A stretch of 64,000 nucleotides of DNA from Rhodothermales bacterium (GTDB lineage Bacteria > Bacteroidota > Rhodothermia > Rhodothermales > Bin80): assembly GCA_965262785.1 (NCBI GenBank), contig OZ253559.1, positions 4,066,151 through 4,130,150 of the forward strand. The letters are read 5' to 3'. The translations under genes were made by a program, and so were the position numbers. A model generated the notes under the pieces. That model saw only the letters and a program-made list of their open reading frames with translations. It had not been told where the DNA came from and did no database searches. The stretch's first letter is position 1; the number at the start of each line of letters is the position of its first letter. This document shows positions 1 to 10,943 of this stretch, piece by piece.

Positions 1-958
1 CGGCACGCTGCAGGACGCTATCGAGCGTCTGAACGCCAGCGTGGACGGCCAGAAGCCGACGGTGGTCATGGATGCAGGGATCGCTACGGAAGCAAACGTG
101 TCCTGGCTGGCAGAACAGGGCTACGACTGGATCTGCGTACACCGGGGTAAGCGGCCCCTGCCGCCAGAGCGGGAGCCCGACAGTACGCTGACCACGCAGG
201 CTGGACACGCCGTACGCGTGTGGCAGTTGCAGCAAAAGAAGCAGGAGATGCTGCTCTATGCCGTCAGCGAAGCCAGAAAGCACAAGGAAGAGCAGATCCT
301 CCAGCGCCGGCGCACGCTACTGGAAGCAGCCCTCACCTCGCTGCACGAAGGGCTGCAGAAGCCCTACCATACCAAGCGGCTCAAGAAGGTCGTAGAGCAG
401 GTCGGACGCATAAAAGAGCGATATGCCCGCGTATCTCATCAGTACGAAGTGACGGTTGTAGAAGGGAGTGGCCCCAACGCCAAGGCCGTGAAGTTTGCAC
501 GCAAGACGCAGTGGGAAGAGGCCGATGAGGCCCTGGGGGGCTACGTGCTGCGCACCAGTCAGACGGGATGGGACCTTAAGCACATTGTAGCCACGTATTG
601 GCGGCTGTCCGAGGTGGAGGCCACCTTCCGCTCGTTGAAGTCGGAACTGGGGATGCGGCCGCTTTACCACAGCAAGGACGCACGCATCGCAGCGCACATC
701 AGTATAGCTGTGTATGCCTATCACGCCGTGCACCTGATCCGGACCCGATTGAAGGCGCAAGACATCCACACCAGCTGGAAGACGCTTCGCCAGAAGCTGA
801 GCGCCTGGCAACGGGTGATGACAACCGTAAAGGACACCCAGGGCCAGGTGATTGTCAACGTGCAGGACGAGCGCCCAAGGGCAGAGCTGGCTCAGATAGC
901 GCGCATCTGCGGCGTCACGCCCAGCCTGCATCGGCAACGCTACGTGCGCCAGGACTAA
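1..958 (+). mobile_element. IS1634-family DDE transposase (5' end outside window)
   Basis: VVMDAGI; YWRLSEVEATFRSLKSELGMRPLYH..DARIAAHI motifs typical of IS1634 transposases; element probably ends near 1078. Confidence 0.85.
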
Positions 959-1374
959 GGCAGGCGCACGGCGTTAGAAAAGTAGTGCCAGCCAGGCGGG
1001 AGTACACCCTTTTCTTATATGTGGAGAATGTGTCCACCTATACTGTTTGAGTCATAAAATGGCGAAGTAGAGTCAGGTACGGCCCAGGGCGATTCCGGGG
1101 GCCTTCCCCTGATTCCGGGGGTACGTGCAGGGCCAGTGACACTCACTGTTGTGCCTTCCACTGGCTTGGCTTCTGCTTTCTCTAGGAGTCTGCCGGGCTT
1201 TCGCAGATTCGGAGCGTGACCTGCGTTGACGGCCCACATGTTCTCTGTCAAACGCCCGAATTTGTCCATCATTTAGTTACCTTGGGGCCAAGTTCGGCGC
1301 ATTCTGGGCCCATTGAATCGCCCAACAGTCCTTATTCGAGTGGCTTCTCCCCAAAACCCGACAGGTAGCCTCGC

Positions 1375-2559
1375 ATGAAATTGCATTTCGTATCGCCGTA
1401 TCGCCTCACCAAAGGCATGCGGTATGTTGTCTTGGCCTCCTTTTTGGGGGTCTGTGGCTTAATCAGAGCGGAGGCCTTGGAGGCGAACCGCTCCGGCGCA
1501 GTCGGGGGGCCGCAAGACTTTGAGCTGGTGGAGCTGTGGCAAGTAGGTGCCTCGGAGGACGATGAGGTGCTTTTTGGTCGCCTCTGGGATGTAGCGGTAG
1601 ATTCCAAAGGTATATCGTATGCCGTGGGCCCGAGTCACCCTGCGGTCTATGCGTTCTCGGACACAGGTACCTTAGTCGCTGAGATTGGGCGCGAAGGGGA
1701 AGGGCCCGGGGAATTCAAAGATATCGTAGATGTATTCGTAGGCGTAGGTGATACGGTATTCGTGTGGGACTTTGATCGGCGTCGCGTATCAAGCTTTTCT
1801 CCCGATGGTTTTGGCTTTGTCGAAACGGTCCGAGTGAATAATGCACTCGCCAGTGCTTATCCGTCAGGCCTTATTGGCGTGACGTCCGAGGTGTTCATTT
1901 TTAAGTACGCACACCTGCTTGAGGACGGTGTTGACAACCAGGCTACGAGAGGAGTGAAAGTGCATCTCGTAGACCGGCGGCGCGGCGTAATCCTGGAACA
2001 GCCACCGATGGTAAAGATGTCTGACCCGGGATTGGTCGTAGACGACGGTAGTGACGGATCAATCTCGATGAGAAGAATGCCGTTTCGTGGCATGCCAGAA
2101 TTTTATGCTAGCCAGAAGGGGTTTCTGTACGCGGCTCACGGCGATGCTAGTGCTATTACGGTCATGTCTACGGATGGGGCGGTGCAGGATACCATCAGAT
2201 GGACACATGATCCTGTACCTGTGACTAGACGTGAGGCTGAAGAGACATTGGATAAACTAAGCAGACAGACCCGAAAGGTGCTGCGGAAAAAAGGGATTGG
2301 GATACCAAAGTCAAAGGCTGCGTTCACAAATCTCGTGGTGGACGACCAGGATCGTGTGTGGATACAACTAAGCGCTGCGTATGGCGAATCGCTGGCCACA
2401 TGTTTGATTCTGAGTGCGGAGGGCAACAAGGTGGGTTCTGTAAAACTACCCGTAACCCTTCAGCTTGAGGCCATTCGCGGCAATCGAGCCTATGGCATTA
2501 TGACAGTAGATAGTGGGGCCAGTGTTTTGGTCGCGTATGCTATCCAAGGGGCCGATTGA
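1375..2559 (+). CDS. Secreted 6-bladed beta-propeller (NHL-like) protein
   Basis: Hydrophobic N-terminal signal-like segment (start may be 1417); DVAVDSKG, IGREGEGPGEF, LVVDDQDRVW blade motifs. Confidence 0.8.
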   Translation: MKLHFVSPYRLTKGMRYVVLASFLGVCGLIRAEALEANRSGAVGGPQDFELVELWQVGASEDDEVLFGRLWDVAVDSKGISYAVGPSHPAVYAFSDTGTLVAEIGREGEGPGEFKDIVDVFVGVGDTVFVWDFDRRRVSSFSPDGFGFVETVRVNNALASAYPSGLIGVTSEVFIFKYAHLLEDGVDNQATRGVKVHLVDRRRGVILEQPPMVKMSDPGLVVDDGSDGSISMRRMPFRGMPEFYASQKGFLYAAHGDASAITVMSTDGAVQDTIRWTHDPVPVTRREAEETLDKLSRQTRKVLRKKGIGIPKSKAAFTNLVVDDQDRVWIQLSAAYGESLATCLILSAEGNKVGSVKLPVTLQLEAIRGNRAYGIMTVDSGASVLVAYAIQGAD

Positions 2560-2585
2560 TATAACCAGCCGTAGCATTTGGCCTC

Positions 2586-2627
2586 TGATGAATGTCAATA
2601 GTCTTTCCCGGTTTGCGACAATTGAAG
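2586..2627 (+). repeat. Transposon-end-like repeat, copy A (interrupted by IS; continues at 4134)
   Basis: TGATGAATGTCAATAGTCTTTCCCGGTTTGCGACAATT; near-identical copies at 14470-14521 (-), 17726 (+), 26102 (+). Confidence 0.8.
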
Positions 2628-4129
2628 GAGCCTCTTGCAAAAACCACGAAACAGGTGGTTTTTCCTTTTGCGGGCGAGGGAGATAAGGGACTGGCGCCTC
2701 CGATTTGGTATCTTCAGAGGTACTCTAAATCTCTAAGACAACGGAGGCAACCATGTCCCTTGGAAGGAAGATACTGTGTTCTTGGATAAGTCACCAAAAG
2801 ACACTCTTCTCCTGTGCGGAGGAGCTGCTCGGTCCTTTGAGCGAGTTGCAGACGAAGCTACTGAACGTGTTGGATATCGTCCGCGTTGAGTGCTATCTGC
2901 GCAGCGATCCCACGGCAGCGCGCGGGCGTCCGCTGCAGGATCGTGCGGCGCTTGCACGGGCGTTTCTGGCGAAGGCGGTCTACAATATTGGTACGACCCG
3001 CGCGTTGATCGACCGGATTTGCTCAGACCCACAGCTACGCCGCCTGTGTGGGTGGGAACGTCAAGACCAGGTTCCAAGCGAGGCGACGTTTTCACGCGCA
3101 TTCGCAGAGTTTGCCATGACTAGTCTTCCAGATCAGATGCATCGTGCGCTGATCGAATCGTGCTACCAGGAGGAGGAAGTGGTTGGACATATCTCACGTG
3201 ATTCGACGGCGATTCAGGCGCGCGAGCGCCCTGCTGCGAAGGAGCCGGCGCCTGCCAAGCGCAAGCCTGGGCGACCGCGTAAGGGAGAGGAACCTGCAAA
3301 GAAGGAGCGACGCGTCGTACGCCAGTTGGGTATGAGCCTGCAGGAGATGGAAGAAGACCTGCCAAAGGAGTGCAACCGGGGAGTCAAGCGCAATTCCAAG
3401 GGCTACAAGCAAAGCTGGAGTGGCTATAAGCTGCACGCGGATGTGGCAGATGGGGGCATACCGATCAGTTGCATCGTGACGTCCGCATCCGTGCATGACA
3501 GTCAGGTGGCCATTCCGCTGGGGACCAAGTCCGCCGAGCTGGTCACGAGTTTATACGATTTGATGGATAGCGCCTATGATGTGGAGGAGATACGCCTTCA
3601 CAGCCAGCGTCTTGGACATGTGCCGATCATTGACCAGCACCCGCGTACACGCGCTGGGAAGGAGGCGCTAAAGCGTGAGGCGAAGGCCCAGCGTGCGGCT
3701 GGGTTTGTACCGCCCGTGCGTGAGCGCTACAAGGAGCGTTCGACCGTCGAGCGCGTCTTTGGTCGCCTCAAGGACGAGTATGGCGGTCGTCACGTTCGCG
3801 TACGTGGCAACGCGAAGGTGCAGTGCCACCTCATGTTCGGTATGCTTGCGCTGACCGTGGACCAGATGGTGCGACTGCTGGGCTAAACGACCTCAGCTGA
3901 GCGCAGAAAGGCGCCTGTCGTGCCAGGTGTGCAGGATAGGTGTGCGTGATTGTCACAGCCCATCGCCGACATCTGTCCTTCCGGGTCGCAATCACTGCAA
4001 CGCTTAGCGTTTTCGAAGTGCGAAAACCACATCGGCGTCTTTCTTTCTTCAATCCACTGAATGCATGCTGAATTGCAGCGCCGATTGTCTATACTGACAA
4101 CCCCGGCGGCCCATTTATGCAAGAGCCTC
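2628..4129 (+). mobile_element. Complete IS1182/IS5-like insertion sequence with 4-bp TSD (GAAG)
   Basis: Terminal IRs GAGCCTCTTGCAAAAA / TTTATGCAAGAGCCTC; GAAG at 2624-2627 and 4130-4133. Confidence 0.85.
2753..3886 (+). CDS. DDE transposase (DUF772-like N-terminus + DDE_Tnp_1-like core)
   Basis: PSEATFSR, ISRDST, GYKLH, MDSAYD, YKERSTVERVFGRLK motifs. Confidence 0.9.
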   Translation: MSLGRKILCSWISHQKTLFSCAEELLGPLSELQTKLLNVLDIVRVECYLRSDPTAARGRPLQDRAALARAFLAKAVYNIGTTRALIDRICSDPQLRRLCGWERQDQVPSEATFSRAFAEFAMTSLPDQMHRALIESCYQEEEVVGHISRDSTAIQARERPAAKEPAPAKRKPGRPRKGEEPAKKERRVVRQLGMSLQEMEEDLPKECNRGVKRNSKGYKQSWSGYKLHADVADGGIPISCIVTSASVHDSQVAIPLGTKSAELVTSLYDLMDSAYDVEEIRLHSQRLGHVPIIDQHPRTRAGKEALKREAKAQRAAGFVPPVRERYKERSTVERVFGRLKDEYGGRHVRVRGNAKVQCHLMFGMLALTVDQMVRLLG

Positions 4130-4342
4130 GAAGGTACCGGTTTTTAGAGGATGAGGAGGGGACGCGTGTCTGGAGCCAGCCGGGCATGGGTGCATTTGCT
4201 GCTGGTCGCCAGTGACACATGCCCGCTGCTTTCCTTAATCTTGTGGGCCGGCGCTCCGTGAGCCAGTGCCGGGGAGGAGGGCGGCTAAGGGCATGACGCG
4301 GGGCTGAGGGCGCTCAATTCTTTCCCCCGACGTGTTATTATC

Positions 4343-4420
4343 GGAAATGTTTTAGGCCTCTAGAACCAGTCATGAACGACCGGCTGGGCACCCCCGCACG
4401 GCGCCTGAGGTCACCGCACG
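4343..4420 (+). repeat. Dispersed ~70-bp repeat M, copy 1
   Basis: GGAAATGTTTTA..ATGAACGACCGGCTGGGCACC..GCACG; copies at 14369 and 26149. Confidence 0.75.
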
Positions 4421-4626
4421 TAAGCATGTACGGAGCGGCTTAAGTCGCGCCTCGCGCGAGGGCATAGTAGGATGTTGTTGCAACAATGTTGGCGATTGAT
4501 TCGTTAGTAACTTATATTTGTCAACAACAAAACCCGTCGGACCGCCACCCAGACAGGGATTCCCGGCACCGACTATCGTAACCCCAAGGACGCCTCGAGC
4601 GTCCTTGTATTTTTACGGGGGATTGA

Positions 4627-5268
4627 GTGACGGGGGAGGCATCGCATCCAAGGCCGCGCTACCGCGTCCGGGTATTCGTCGACTTCTGGAATTACACGCT
4701 ATCGATGCAGGAGGTTGATGCATCATTTCGTACCGACTGGGCGCGGATTGGGCCTGTGCTTTCGCAAGCCGCAGCAGCACTCGTTGATAGTGCCGCCATT
4801 GGCGAGTATCAGGGTCTAAATTTATACGGTTCTTATGATCGAACACGGGAAAAGGGTAAGAAACTGCACCACTGGGCTACGAGAGTCGTAGATACATTTC
4901 CGGGGGTAAGCGTGTCGATCGTGCCCCGCCAGAAGAAACGCTCACCGCCTAGGTGCCCCGGTTGCCAGCAGCCGGTCGGAACCTGCCCATCCTGCGCCGC
5001 CGACCTGCGCGGGACCGAGGAGAAGGGCGTTGATGTTCGCCTAGCGACCGATATGATAAGTCTGGCCTGGGTCAATAACTACGACGTCGCTGTTCTGGTC
5101 TCTTCCGACCGAGACTTTGTGCCTGTTGCCGAATTATTGGAGACCAAGGGCATCAAGGTGATTCATGGTGCATTCCCGCCGAAAGGCGCACAGCTGAGTG
5201 CCCGGTGCTGGGGAAAGATTGATATCCCTAGATTGCGTGACGCCTTGCGCTTTAGCAAAAAGACGTGA
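4627..5268 (+). CDS. NYN/LabA (DUF88) PIN-like ribonuclease with CxxC..CxxC insertion
   Basis: VFVDFWN, EEKGVDVRLATDM, LVSSDRDFVP..L...G motifs; CPGC/CPSC. Confidence 0.9.
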   Translation: MTGEASHPRPRYRVRVFVDFWNYTLSMQEVDASFRTDWARIGPVLSQAAAALVDSAAIGEYQGLNLYGSYDRTREKGKKLHHWATRVVDTFPGVSVSIVPRQKKRSPPRCPGCQQPVGTCPSCAADLRGTEEKGVDVRLATDMISLAWVNNYDVAVLVSSDRDFVPVAELLETKGIKVIHGAFPPKGAQLSARCWGKIDIPRLRDALRFSKKT

Positions 5269-5402
5269 GGCAGGTGGTTAGAGCTGCAGCGCGATTCATA
5301 CTACCATGCGCCCGGTATAAACTTCCCACCATGAGTACCCTACACACAATCGCCGTCAGATGTTTATGCAGCGTTGACTCCTGGGTCCAGCCATAGCTCG
5401 TA

Positions 5403-6677
5403 ATGACGTCCTTTCACTTCCTACATGCCGCCGACATTCACCTCGACAGCCCTCTCATTGGACTGGCTGGGCAGGACGGTAACGCAGCCGAGCGCGTGCA
5501 CACCGCCACCAGGGAGGCCCTTGGCCAGCTAGTTGCTTTGGCGATCAAGGAGAAGGCCGATTTCTTAATTATTGCTGGGGACCTCTACGACGGTGATTGG
5601 CGCGACTACAATACAGGACTATTCTTCGTCAGGCAGATGGGACGACTCGCACAGGCGGGCATTCCGGTCTATCTGCTACACGGAAATCACGACGCAGAAA
5701 GTCAAATAACTCGGCGGCTTGAACTGCCTCGCAACGTGCATGTTTTTGGTACGCGCAATGCCGAGACGTTCACCCTTGGAGAGTTACACGTCGCGCTTCA
5801 CGGTCAGAGTTTCCACCAGCCTAAGATGCAAGGTAATCTTGCTCTCAACTACCCGGCCCCCGTCTCCTCCGCATTCAATATCGGCGTGCTGCACACTGGC
5901 CTTGGCGGCATGAGCAATCACGCCAACTACGCGCCTTGTTCGCTCAATGATCTTGTGAACAAGGGGTATGACTACTGGGCGCTAGGTCATGTTCATCAGG
6001 CGGAGGTGCTGCATGAGGGGCCTCACGTCGTCTTTGCGGGTAACCTGCAGGGACGTCATGTACGGGAACCCGGGGCCAAGGGTGCTTATCTAGTCACCGT
6101 GGAAGACAGTGAAGTTGCCGAACTCGAATTCGTACCATGCGACGTCGTGCGCTGGGCCAAGCTGCCGGTACCGTTACTTGGTGCCGAAAACTTCGGCGAT
6201 GTCACCGATCGTGTTAGGGATGCCTTGGTGTCAGCCGTTGCCAGTGAGACCGATGGGCAATTGCTTGCCTGTCGCATCGTGTTCCAAGGCCGCACCGCCG
6301 TTCACGAGAGACTCGTCGCTTCCGAGGATGAAGTACTGGCCGAGGCCCGCGCCTGTGCGCTTGGTCTGGGCGACGAAGTGGCTTGGGTTGAGAAAACTGT
6401 CATTGCCACCGAGGCAGTCGTTGACCCGCAAACCCTGGCGCAGCGAGAGGATGCCATAGGAGCGTTACGGCGTATGTTGGCGGATGCTGGAAGTGATGAC
6501 GCTCTTGTTGCGCAGATCGCAGATAAGATCGGCGAGCTGGTCCGGCGACTGCCCCCGGAATTACGAAAGGCTGTTGAGGATCAGGTTCTGAAAGCAGCCA
6601 TTGGAGGTGATTACGTTGCGCTTATCGACAACGTCGCACCTTATTTGTTCGCGCGCCTGACCACCCCGGAGGGTTGA
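5403..6677 (+). CDS. yhaO: Mre11/SbcD-like metallophosphoesterase nuclease (YhaO family)
   Basis: HAADIHLD, AGDLYD, GNHD, YWALGHVH, GNLQGRH..E.GAKG motifs. Confidence 0.9.
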   Translation: MTSFHFLHAADIHLDSPLIGLAGQDGNAAERVHTATREALGQLVALAIKEKADFLIIAGDLYDGDWRDYNTGLFFVRQMGRLAQAGIPVYLLHGNHDAESQITRRLELPRNVHVFGTRNAETFTLGELHVALHGQSFHQPKMQGNLALNYPAPVSSAFNIGVLHTGLGGMSNHANYAPCSLNDLVNKGYDYWALGHVHQAEVLHEGPHVVFAGNLQGRHVREPGAKGAYLVTVEDSEVAELEFVPCDVVRWAKLPVPLLGAENFGDVTDRVRDALVSAVASETDGQLLACRIVFQGRTAVHERLVASEDEVLAEARACALGLGDEVAWVEKTVIATEAVVDPQTLAQREDAIGALRRMLADAGSDDALVAQIADKIGELVRRLPPELRKAVEDQVLKAAIGGDYVALIDNVAPYLFARLTTPEG

Positions 6678-9600
6678 GTATGCGACTGCGAAACCTTGAC
6701 TTGGTACGATATGGTTGCTTCACGGACAGCTCTATTGAGCTGCCTGCCAGGAGCGCTGACTTTCACATTGTTTTTGGACCGAATGAAGCAGGCAAGTCCA
6801 CGGCGCTTACCGCAATCGGGGATTTGCTGTTTGGCATTCCAACGCGCTCGCCCTATAACTTCCTGCATGCTTACAAAAGCATGCGAATCGGCGCGGAGCT
6901 TGAAAATGGTAGTTCGTCGCTGGAAATACTTCGGCGCAAGGGTAGCAAGAACACCCTGCTACGTGCGGACGGGTTACCCATTGCCGGTGGTGAGGGCGCA
7001 TTAAGACTCTACCTTGCCGGTGCGGATCGATCATTCTTCGAGCGCATGTTCAGCCTTGACCACGCCCGACTTCGGGCTGGCGGGCAGGAAATCCTCGAGG
7101 CCAGGGGAGATGTTGGCCAGATGCTGTTTTCGGCAGGCGCCGGGATAGTGGGGTTACGTAAGCGCCTCGGTGAGCTTTCCGCTGAAGCCGAGGTGTTGTG
7201 GGATCCACATAAGGCTAAACATCGCAAGTTCTACATCGCCTACGACAAGTTCACGGAGGCTAAAAGGAGCTTGCGGGAGCACTCCTTTACCACAACAAAA
7301 TGGAGCGCGTTGAAGCGCACCTATAAAATAGCCGAGGACGCCTACGCAGAGGTCAGTAAGTTACTCAAAGAAACCAGCGCCGAGCGAAATCGCCTCAGCC
7401 GCATTCGCCGTGTTTTCCGGAATGTGCGTAGGAAGCAGGAGCTTGACGGCCAGCTTGCGGAGCTGGGGGACGTAATTGCGCTGTCGGTAGATGCGGCGCA
7501 GGTGGTAGCAAAAGCTGAACGCGGAGAAACGGAGGCGGCAACACGCACTGCTACGCTTAAGGAACAGTTGAAACTCGCTGATAAGAATCTGGGGGATCTA
7601 ACGTTCGACGAAGTGCTTATTCAAAGGTCCGAAGATGTTGGCCAGCTCCACGAGAGACGGATTGAGGTTCGTAGTGAGAAGGCGGACTTACCCAAGCGAG
7701 AAGCGGAACTTAATGCCGCTGAAGAAGAGCTGCGAGCATATGCTTCCGAGGTTGAATGGTCGGAGACCGACTCAGCGACGCTGATTGAGCGCATCCCGCC
7801 TCGCGCCAAAGTCCGTGTGGTGCGTATCCTGCTAAATCAAAGAGGCAAACTAGAGGCTAAGGTCACGAGCCATACCCGTTTACTGCAAGAGTCTCAGGAA
7901 ACGTACAGCGGACTAAAAAAGAGACTTGACGAAATGGGCGAACCCGTCCATGCGTCCAAACTGGCCATTGTCCTCAGGACGTTGCGCGCCCAAGGTGAAC
8001 TCACAGGCTTATTCCGAACCGCTGAGAAAGCTTTTGGGGATGCGCAGAGACTAGTGAAGTACAAACTTAGCGCGCTCAACCCTGGCGGCACTAGTGAAGA
8101 TACGCTAGCGAACATGATTGTGCCTGCGCTAGCACAGGTGCAGGACTACAGGGTGCGTGAACAGGAGTATGAGAGACGCTTGCGGGACACAAGGCAGGAG
8201 GTGTGGACAGTTCAGCAGGAATTGAACGGTGCAGTTGCCGCATTTGATCGCCGCGCACGAGACGGTAAAGTCATAACCGGCGAAGCGTTGCACGATGCGC
8301 GCAGCTATCGAGATATACTCTGGCATCTGGTGACACTCACGTATGTGCGAGGTGAGTCGATCTCGGACGACCAGGCTAGCGGCTTTGAAGAGGAACTGGA
8401 GGATTTGGCAGGGGCATTCGAGTCTGCCATGACTACGGCTGATGATCTTTCTGACCGGCGTTTTGATCACGCCGAGGCAGCCGGCCGAATCGCGGAAATC
8501 AAACGGAAGATAGGGGAGCAGGAGATACTTCTCGAACAGAAGAAAGAAAATCAGACCAAGCTTGCCGAGCAAGGCAAGCAACTGCAAACGGAATGGTCCA
8601 CCATGTGGGCCGAAGCGCCTTTTGACCCGCTGACTGCTATGTCCATGCTCGAGTGGCTCGAAGCCAGAGAGAAGGTACTGGAGGCCGTTCAAGAGCGGGA
8701 AGACGCTGCAGCAGCACTGGAAGCGCTAAGCAAAGAGGAACGCGAGGCAAAGCAACAGGTGCTCAATGAGTTAGCTGTGCTGGGGGTTAATGTGGCTGTG
8801 CTTGAAAATGACAGTCTGAATGTGATCATCGAACGCGCTGCAGAAGAGCAGCGTCTTAGAGAGGACGAGGTCAGACAAAAGGTGCAGCTTGAAGAAGAAG
8901 CAACTAACGCCGCTGAGGAGGTCACGCGACGGAAACGCGAGTTTCGAGAGGCCAAAGAAGCCCGGGACGAATGGCATATAAGATGGACAGACGCGCTTGA
9001 TGGCCTTGGACTCGCCAGAAGTACCGCACCAGAAGCGGTGGAGGAGCTGATCGACATTATCGACCTGATGCGCGAGACGGCTAGCCGCATCAGATCATTG
9101 CAGAATGACCGTATAGACAAAATTAAACGTGACATCGCCGACTTCGAACAGGCTGTTCTTGACCTAGTCAAGGACCTAGCGGAGGACCTGTTGGATCAGC
9201 CGGCTGAACATGCCCTTCTGAAACTCGAAACACGCTTTGCTGATGCCCAGCGTATTCAGGGACTTCGGAAAAAGAAAAACCAAGAGGTGAAAGGGCTGGT
9301 AGCGCAGATAGCCAAACTTGAGAAGGAACGTCGAGACCTGACTGCTTCCATCTCGGACCTGAAGACAGCTGCTGCTGTCGATACAATTGACGCGTTGAAG
9401 GAGGCCATCAAGCGGTCGGATCAGCGGCGATCTTTTGACCATGAACGACAACAAATCATCAATACGCTCACACAAGACGGTGATGGGAAAACGATTGAGG
9501 AGCTTGTGGAAGAATGTAAGGGTGTTGACATCGATGATGTTGCTGCGCGGGACGTATCTATTCAATCTGAACTGGAGGACTTGCATAGGCAGCAGACAAA

Positions 9601-10207
9601 CGCCGCAACAGAACAATCTCGGGCGCGGGAGGCATTTCTAGCGGTTGGCGGTGGCGATGCGGCAGCACGAGCGGCGGCGAGCGAGCAGGAAGCGCTCGCT
9701 GAAATGCGGAATGTCGCCGAGCAATATATTCGCATGAAGATTTCAGCCATACTTCTCCAGTGGGGCATAGATCGCTACCGACGGGAGAAGCAAGGCCCGT
9801 TGCTAAAGCGGGCGGGAGAGCTGTTCAAGGTCATTACCTGCGGTTCTTTCTCATGCCTTCAGGTCGACTTTGACGATCAGGACAACGCGCACTTGACGGG
9901 AATACGGCCCAACGGCAGCATTGTACCTGTATCCGGCATGAGCACTGGCACGGCCGATCAACTCTACCTGACACTTCGCGTTGCTTCGATTGAAAACTAT
10001 CTAGAGCAAGCGGACGCTCTCCCGTTTATTGCCGACGACTTGTTCATCAACTTCGATAATGAACGTGCGGCAGCAGGATTCACGTTGCTTGGCGAATTGA
10101 GTAATACGACGCAGGTGGTGTTTTTCACCCACCATCAGCACCTTGTAGATATAGCGAAGAAGTCACTTGGGACCTCTGTAAGTATGGTTACCTTGGCAAA
10201 TCAATAG
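6674..10207 (+). CDS. yhaN: SMC/Rad50-like coiled-coil ATPase (YhaN, AAA_27)
   Basis: Walker A GPNEAGKST, long coiled coil, MSTGTADQLYL signature, Walker B FIADDLFINFD, FFTHH; overlaps yhaO stop. Confidence 0.9.
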   Translation: MSMRLRNLDLVRYGCFTDSSIELPARSADFHIVFGPNEAGKSTALTAIGDLLFGIPTRSPYNFLHAYKSMRIGAELENGSSSLEILRRKGSKNTLLRADGLPIAGGEGALRLYLAGADRSFFERMFSLDHARLRAGGQEILEARGDVGQMLFSAGAGIVGLRKRLGELSAEAEVLWDPHKAKHRKFYIAYDKFTEAKRSLREHSFTTTKWSALKRTYKIAEDAYAEVSKLLKETSAERNRLSRIRRVFRNVRRKQELDGQLAELGDVIALSVDAAQVVAKAERGETEAATRTATLKEQLKLADKNLGDLTFDEVLIQRSEDVGQLHERRIEVRSEKADLPKREAELNAAEEELRAYASEVEWSETDSATLIERIPPRAKVRVVRILLNQRGKLEAKVTSHTRLLQESQETYSGLKKRLDEMGEPVHASKLAIVLRTLRAQGELTGLFRTAEKAFGDAQRLVKYKLSALNPGGTSEDTLANMIVPALAQVQDYRVREQEYERRLRDTRQEVWTVQQELNGAVAAFDRRARDGKVITGEALHDARSYRDILWHLVTLTYVRGESISDDQASGFEEELEDLAGAFESAMTTADDLSDRRFDHAEAAGRIAEIKRKIGEQEILLEQKKENQTKLAEQGKQLQTEWSTMWAEAPFDPLTAMSMLEWLEAREKVLEAVQEREDAAAALEALSKEEREAKQQVLNELAVLGVNVAVLENDSLNVIIERAAEEQRLREDEVRQKVQLEEEATNAAEEVTRRKREFREAKEARDEWHIRWTDALDGLGLARSTAPEAVEELIDIIDLMRETASRIRSLQNDRIDKIKRDIADFEQAVLDLVKDLAEDLLDQPAEHALLKLETRFADAQRIQGLRKKKNQEVKGLVAQIAKLEKERRDLTASISDLKTAAAVDTIDALKEAIKRSDQRRSFDHERQQIINTLTQDGDGKTIEELVEECKGVDIDDVAARDVSIQSELEDLHRQQTNAATEQSRAREAFLAVGGGDAAARAAASEQEALAEMRNVAEQYIRMKISAILLQWGIDRYRREKQGPLLKRAGELFKVITCGSFSCLQVDFDDQDNAHLTGIRPNGSIVPVSGMSTGTADQLYLTLRVASIENYLEQADALPFIADDLFINFDNERAAAGFTLLGELSNTTQVVFFTHHQHLVDIAKKSLGTSVSMVTLANQ

Positions 10208-10506
10208 ACTGCAGTTGCCTAAAACGAAGCCGTGGCTCTGGTGTGCGCGCAGCGCCAAATGCGTCTAAGCCACGGTCGCTTTAGCATACTAGCAGGTGCT
10301 GGTGCAGTCTTCTTCGACTTATTGTTGCATTCTTGAGTTGGCACGGAAGTGGCCTGTACAGAACCTACAAGCGGCAGTAGCACGAACGCGAGGACCAGAA
10401 CAGCACACCATGCACCTGCTACGATATAGCCGAGCCTCCCTTTCAGTGCGAGTATAACGATAGTTGGCGAGACATCAACGAGAGTGCAGGGCGCAATGCA
10501 CGACGG

Positions 10507-10549
10507 TTGTACTTAACGAACGTAACCACGATGAAGGCAACGACCCGCG
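10507..10549 (+). repeat. Dispersed ~43-bp repeat N, copy 1 (copy 2 at 28931-28973)
   Basis: TTGTACT(T/A)AACGAACGTAACCACGATGAAGGCAA(C/T)GACCCGC at both sites. Confidence 0.8.
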
Positions 10550-10583
10550 CTGCCGGTGGCGCTGAGCGGCCGCCAGGTCGGGT

Positions 10584-10645
10584 CGCGAGAATCGCCGCAA
10601 GTCGGGTAAATACCCGATCAGATGCGATTTGCGGCGACTCTGACG
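10584..10645. repeat. Nested-hairpin element (origin-like); inverted copy at ~39930-39992
   Basis: AGAATCGCCGCAA..TCGGGTAAATACCCGA..TTGCGGCGACTCT; reverse complement recognisable near 39.9 kb. Confidence 0.65.
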
Positions 10646-10943
10646 CGCGCGACGCCCTTAAACCGCGCCATTTCGTGCCCTTGAGACCGGTTTTAAGGCG
10701 ATTCTCCGCGCTTTAGCTGAAAACAGGTAACAACCCCGGCGTACGCAGGAGCCGCACAGGGCCCATAGCGGCCGTCCCAAGCCACTGTCACTGGCTCGGG
10801 CTATATGCTGCCGCATTCGCCTCGAGCTCCACCCGGCTGGCGACTACGTGAGATACTTCGCGACGGCGCCCCGGCCGGCCAGCTGGTTGCGTGCATACAG
10901 CGCCGGCATGGCAGCGGAAAGACAACCCCAGATATCTGCCCGC

